Source of the DNA: Promethearchaeota archaeon
Lineage (GTDB): Archaea > Asgardarchaeota > Lokiarchaeia > Sigyniarchaeales > SOKP01
Assembly: GCA_048940445.1 (NCBI GenBank)
Contig: JBHLON010000004.1
Coordinates: forward strand, 11,466-75,465
Length of the DNA: 64,000 bases
Direction: 5' to 3'
The notes under the pieces: generated by a model
What the model was told of the DNA's origin: nothing
Databases searched by the model: none
Seen by the model: the letters and a program-made list of their open reading frames with translations, nothing else
Translations under genes and position numbers: made by a program
Part shown: positions 60,014-64,000 of the stretch, piece by piece
Position numbering within the stretch: position 1 is the stretch's first letter
Layout: each line of letters begins with the position of its first letter

Positions 60014-61405
60014 TTATTCAAGAAAATGGTCAATATCATGTTTTAATCTGTTAAATGAAGGTATGGATAGACGAATACCCCCTGCTAGTTTATGACCCCC
60101 TCCATTCCCCCCTAATTCATCTTTTATTTTTTTTATCACTTTATTTACACCAGATTGTTGATTAAGTTCTAGAAAATTTCTTGAACATCTTATACTGAGT
60201 TTAATCATTTGAGTCTTTTTTTCCAAACCTCCTAAAAATAGTATTTTTTTAGGGTTAATTAATTCATTAACCATAGTAAAGCTAGCAGTATCTGACCAAT
60301 TACTAGGGGGGATAAGCCCATTACCTGCATTAATAAATACAGCTCTTTCTGTTTCATATCTACTAATTTCATTAGAAACCAATTTTAAATCTCTAGTTAT
60401 ATTATGGATATAATCATTATAGAGTGTTTTGGCATAGCGAGTAATAGAATTTTGTTGGATTATTGATAAAGCAGCACTTATGTTCTTAAAGGATAAAATA
60501 TTTAATAATAGAGCATGTTCAAATACAAACTGTAACAAACCCTCTTTTTGAGGTAATATTGCATAACTTCCTTGGTACAAGTTAGTAGCTTGCTGGATTC
60601 TTTCCATTTCTGATAAATTTATTTCATTAACTTTCTTATTTGGATTTATTTGCAATTTGCTTAAGAAAGAATTAATAGTTGAGTCACTCTCACCCCCTAG
60701 ATTTTTTACAAAAGGTAGAATGCTATTTTTTAATCCATTTTTGATAGAATTATGCATTCCTCCAAAAAGGATAAGTCCTTTTTTATCTTCTATTAATTCT
60801 TCATCAACTAATTCTTGATATATTTCTTTATTAAACGATTTTAATCTATCCATTGATTTCAAGGAATCTCCTGCTATTCCAATAACCGTTAACCAAGCTT
60901 GCCTTGTAATAGCAGGGATTATTAGCTTCGAAAACATATAAGTTAAAGTTGCACCCGCAATATGGTCAAGACCGTCATATCCATAAAGAGTTGGATTTAC
61001 AAAAATTAAATTTTCAGGAAAATCATTAAAGTTTGTATCATTTTCAACTTCATGGTGATCTAATATAAAAAAATGCTCTTTTCGTTTTACTATAATAGGA
61101 ATTAATTCCGTCAAAGTGGAGCCAATGTCAGTAAAAATTAAAGCAGTCTTCTCATTTTGTCTTTTAGGCAAAATTCCTTCCAAATAAGTTGCCCATGAAG
61201 AAGATCGATTATATATGAAATAATCATAATTTAAACCTAATCTGTGAAGCAGATTTTGGATAATTAGTAGACAACTAATTCCATCAGCATCGTTATGAGA
61301 AATGGCAATTATATTGTTATAAAGATTCTTAGAATTATCATTGAATACGTTAGCAGCATTCTCAAGAGTATCTAAAAATTTTATTCGATCCAGTTTCTGT
61401 TTCAT
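60014..61405 (-). CDS. DHH/DHHA1 phosphoesterase, RecJ/GAN-like
   Basis: SHNDADGIS, ILDHHEV (DHH), GGNGGGHKLAGG (DHHA1 GGGH). Confidence 0.8.
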   Translation of the reverse strand: MKQKLDRIKFLDTLENAANVFNDNSKNLYNNIIAISHNDADGISCLLIIQNLLHRLGLNYDYFIYNRSSSWATYLEGILPKRQNEKTALIFTDIGSTLTELIPIIVKRKEHFFILDHHEVENDTNFNDFPENLIFVNPTLYGYDGLDHIAGATLTYMFSKLIIPAITRQAWLTVIGIAGDSLKSMDRLKSFNKEIYQELVDEELIEDKKGLILFGGMHNSIKNGLKNSILPFVKNLGGESDSTINSFLSKLQINPNKKVNEINLSEMERIQQATNLYQGSYAILPQKEGLLQFVFEHALLLNILSFKNISAALSIIQQNSITRYAKTLYNDYIHNITRDLKLVSNEISRYETERAVFINAGNGLIPPSNWSDTASFTMVNELINPKKILFLGGLEKKTQMIKLSIRCSRNFLELNQQSGVNKVIKKIKDELGGNGGGHKLAGGIRLSIPSFNRLKHDIDHFLE

Positions 61406-61670
61406 TTATATCATATTTCAATTGTAGAGTAATTTAATTAACCAAAATTCTATACAAAATCACAAATAAAAATATCTTTCTAATATCATTTAATAGATAT
61501 TTAATATTTTCTTTTAAAGAGATTTTAAATAAAATTAAAATAAATTCAATAAATATAAATATTCCTATAATATCAGAACAGAAGAAGCAATTGAACTAAA
61601 ATTTAAAAGTTAAGGAAAAATTATTTAATTTTAAATAATTTTCACTCTAAAATAATCCTTATATTTAAGA

Positions 61671-63368
61671 ATGCTGAAAAAAAAAGCTCAAATTGTTACA
61701 GTTGTATTGTTTATTTTGAGCATTTGTGTAATATCAATTTATCAGACTTATCCTAATCCACAAGTTGGTTTTCTAGATAAAAATACTGATGTAAAATCTC
61801 AAATATTCTCTAAAGAAGATTATTCACCTATTATTAAAGAAGAGAAACAAGCATTAGGAAATATAAGTGTAATAAGCCTCAATTTTAATCAAAAAGGTTT
61901 TTTTAATAACTCCAAAAAGTACCCCAATCTTGATGATGATTTAACTTCTGGAGCTCTCAATATGTCCTTTCTTGGGATTAATTTTATTGAAACGAAGAAT
62001 CCAGCTCAAGTTGACAATCTGGATAAAGAGATTCAAGATTCAAATCGTATTACGGTTATATTAAACGAATCCATTAATGTGGTTTATGATATCTCTATTC
62101 CCAATGCAGAAGGATACTTAGTCTATGGCTCTAGATTGTTTCCCTGCAAATTGAAACAATTATGGTTAACAAATGAATCCATGAGTACTCAAGAGGTTCC
62201 TAATAAAGATTATTCCACGGATTCATTTAATTTCTTGGTTTTTGATTATCTTCAATATTTTGGCACCACTCGTAATAATTTCACAATGCACCTTATATGG
62301 GAATACAATTTAACGGTTAGAGATTGGGTATTATATCAAGACTCAGAAGATATGATCTTAGTTAAATATCAACAACAAGAAATCAAATCCTTATTCTATT
62401 ACAATTTCAGCATTCTTGGTCAAAAACTTACGAACCTCACAGTTAAGAAAAGTTCTGATAACCTTGATGTTAAATTGAAGTTAAACCTCCCAGACAAAGA
62501 TGATCTCTATGGACACACTCTAAAAGTCGGTCCTGATAATATTAACAATTTTTTAAATACAGATAATTCAATCAATATATCAACCGTAGCAGATCGAAAG
62601 CTAGTAAGTCTAACATTTAATGCTAACTATACTATTGAATTTATTAACTCCGTTGAAAATACATGGGCAATAGACCGATTAGTAAAAGATACTAATATAC
62701 GGGAACGAATATATTTCCCTTCCTTAATTGGTGGACCAAAACATATCCTGTTAAAATATCTCATGATTCATGAAGATACAATTACCGTGGATCAAGTAGT
62801 CTCAAATTCCTCTTTATTTTCAAGAGAAGTTCAATATTTTGATCTTAATGTATCAAATGTAATGGAAGATTTTCAAAAAAGTTTAATATTTACACAAGAT
62901 GCTGTAAAGAAACTTGGATTAAAGATAATACTTCCTTATCTCATTTTAGGAGAAACTGATCCTGTAATAATAAGATATGATGCTTCCAACGATCTAATTA
63001 TTAGAATTACAGATAATATTAATATGCCTTTAGTGGGAGTTAACATTGAATTATATTATTACCAAAAAAGTTATGGTACATATATATCTAATGATTTAAA
63101 TCAGAAGATTTCACCCCAATTTACAGATGAAAATGGAGAGATAATAATTAGAAATGTTCCTAATGGTAATTATATTGTTAGAATATATGACTCTTCGAGA
63201 CTTATAAAAGAGGCTACTGTAAGTGCTAATAATGAAATTAATGTGGTTAGAACTGATGAAATCCATTTTCCATTAATTATTTTAATATTTCTTTTAATCA
63301 GTGGTATATTTGTATTATTAGGTTTGATTTCTTATATTCAACAAAAAAAACGTCGAAATCTTAAATGA
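61671..63368 (+). CDS. Secreted, surface-anchored protein with a C-terminal carboxypeptidase-regulatory-like beta domain and TM anchor
   Basis: N-terminal hydrophobic leader; at least 12 N-x-S/T sequons; TDENGEIIIRNVPNGNYIVRIYD; C-terminal TM helix followed by QQKKRRNLK. Confidence 0.5.
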   Translation: MLKKKAQIVTVVLFILSICVISIYQTYPNPQVGFLDKNTDVKSQIFSKEDYSPIIKEEKQALGNISVISLNFNQKGFFNNSKKYPNLDDDLTSGALNMSFLGINFIETKNPAQVDNLDKEIQDSNRITVILNESINVVYDISIPNAEGYLVYGSRLFPCKLKQLWLTNESMSTQEVPNKDYSTDSFNFLVFDYLQYFGTTRNNFTMHLIWEYNLTVRDWVLYQDSEDMILVKYQQQEIKSLFYYNFSILGQKLTNLTVKKSSDNLDVKLKLNLPDKDDLYGHTLKVGPDNINNFLNTDNSINISTVADRKLVSLTFNANYTIEFINSVENTWAIDRLVKDTNIRERIYFPSLIGGPKHILLKYLMIHEDTITVDQVVSNSSLFSREVQYFDLNVSNVMEDFQKSLIFTQDAVKKLGLKIILPYLILGETDPVIIRYDASNDLIIRITDNINMPLVGVNIELYYYQKSYGTYISNDLNQKISPQFTDENGEIIIRNVPNGNYIVRIYDSSRLIKEATVSANNEINVVRTDEIHFPLIILIFLLISGIFVLLGLISYIQQKKRRNLK

Positions 63369-63694
63369 TTGTTATTTTTATTGATAATCTAGAGAATTTC
63401 ATTGAATTTTTAAAAAATAGGATAATGGATGAGATTTTCTTTGAATTTAAACAGAATAATAGTCAATCAGATTTAAGTAGTGAAGTGAAAATTGATATAA
63501 TCCTTCATTTTTTGGCTAAAATTGATGGTAGTTTAATGTTATATGAGACAAAATTAATATTAAATAAACCAATTAGTTCCAATATTGATGAAGAGGTTTT
63601 GAATTCATTAAGGTCTATTTTTAATCAAGTAGATCCTTCGATAACGCTTGTTAAAGGGAAAATTAGAGAAATTTTTCTATCCTATTCTTCTTAA
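63365..63694 (+). CDS. Hypothetical protein (ATGA-coupled to the surface protein gene)
   Basis: 109 aa, no motif recognised. Confidence 0.3.
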   Translation: MIVIFIDNLENFIEFLKNRIMDEIFFEFKQNNSQSDLSSEVKIDIILHFLAKIDGSLMLYETKLILNKPISSNIDEEVLNSLRSIFNQVDPSITLVKGKIREIFLSYSS

Positions 63695-63700
63695 AAAGGT

Positions 63701-64000
63701 TCATGAATTAGTATTTACTAATTCTCCATAACCTATCAATCTATATCTTCGATTTATTATCCTTGAAATTGCAAAGACAAAATCTTTAGGAACACAAATT
63801 GGAGGATTCAATTGTAAGATATAAGAATTTTTTAGAATTTTAGTTATTGTTCCACCTGTTTTCTCAGTACCGACGACAAGTAGGAGCTTTTCGTTATGTT
63901 TAAGCTCGGTAACTTTGATTTGCATTTCTGAACCTATAACTCTCTCAAGTAAATGGACTTTAAGCTCGACTTCTGAAATTACATCCGGCAATGTACCAGG
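63701..64000 (-). CDS. eif2g: Translation initiation factor 2 gamma subunit, C-terminal part (gene continues beyond the window)
   Basis: PGTLPDV...HLLERVIG...LLLVVGTEKTGG...PPICVPKDFVFAISRIINRRYRLIGYG matches aIF2-gamma domain III. The frame is open to position 64000. Confidence 0.75.
   Translation of the reverse strand, partial: PGTLPDVISEVELKVHLLERVIGSEMQIKVTELKHNEKLLLVVGTEKTGGTITKILKNSYILQLNPPICVPKDFVFAISRIINRRYRLIGYGELVNTNS

Overview
This is an AT-rich (about 30% GC by eye), gene-dense archaeal chromosomal segment with roughly 65 protein genes on both strands. I recognised no rRNA, tRNA, CRISPR array, transposase or integrase. Archaeal information-processing markers are present: TBP, TFS, the C-terminus of aIF2-gamma, CDC48, deoxyhypusine synthase, a RecJ/GAN-like DHH protein and ArgRS. 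Four Ras/Rab-like small GTPases, two V4R-domain proteins, longin/roadblock-like small proteins and an eL22-like ORF sit alongside them. Together these point to an Asgard (Lokiarchaeia-like) genome; that taxonomic call is inference from gene content, not a search result. Most of the window is housekeeping: acyl-CoA ligase, Tag glycosylase, ArgS-agmatinase-DHS, M29 and M20 peptidases, aminotransferases, ROK kinase, phosphohexomutase, UvrC, and form III RuBisCO with a ribose-1,5-bisphosphate isomerase-like gene. Eight things deserve a second look. (1) A V4R-domain gene is linked to a Rab-like GTPase gene twice, once with a CxxC thioredoxin-fold gene between them. (2) A PadR-headed locus holds two ABC systems whose ATPases both carry large Met-rich helical insertions; one is about 155 aa, lies inside the NBD and includes a GGM-type low-complexity tract. 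(3) A 419-aa protein is built from ten Pro-punctuated 35-aa charged helical repeats, with a near-identical 315-bp tandem DNA duplication inside it. (4) A GC-rich, strongly structured island of about 130 nt in a 490-nt intergenic gap is a candidate ncRNA of unknown class. (5) Two genes have conserved N-terminal coding sequence running upstream of any ATG/GTG/TTG. (6) The TBP has an N-terminal acidic tail. (7) Three zinc-ribbon membrane paralogs sit in tandem. (8) There are candidate Tes-like and PSTK/KTI12-like genes. All functional calls come from motif recognition by eye and none has been checked against a database.
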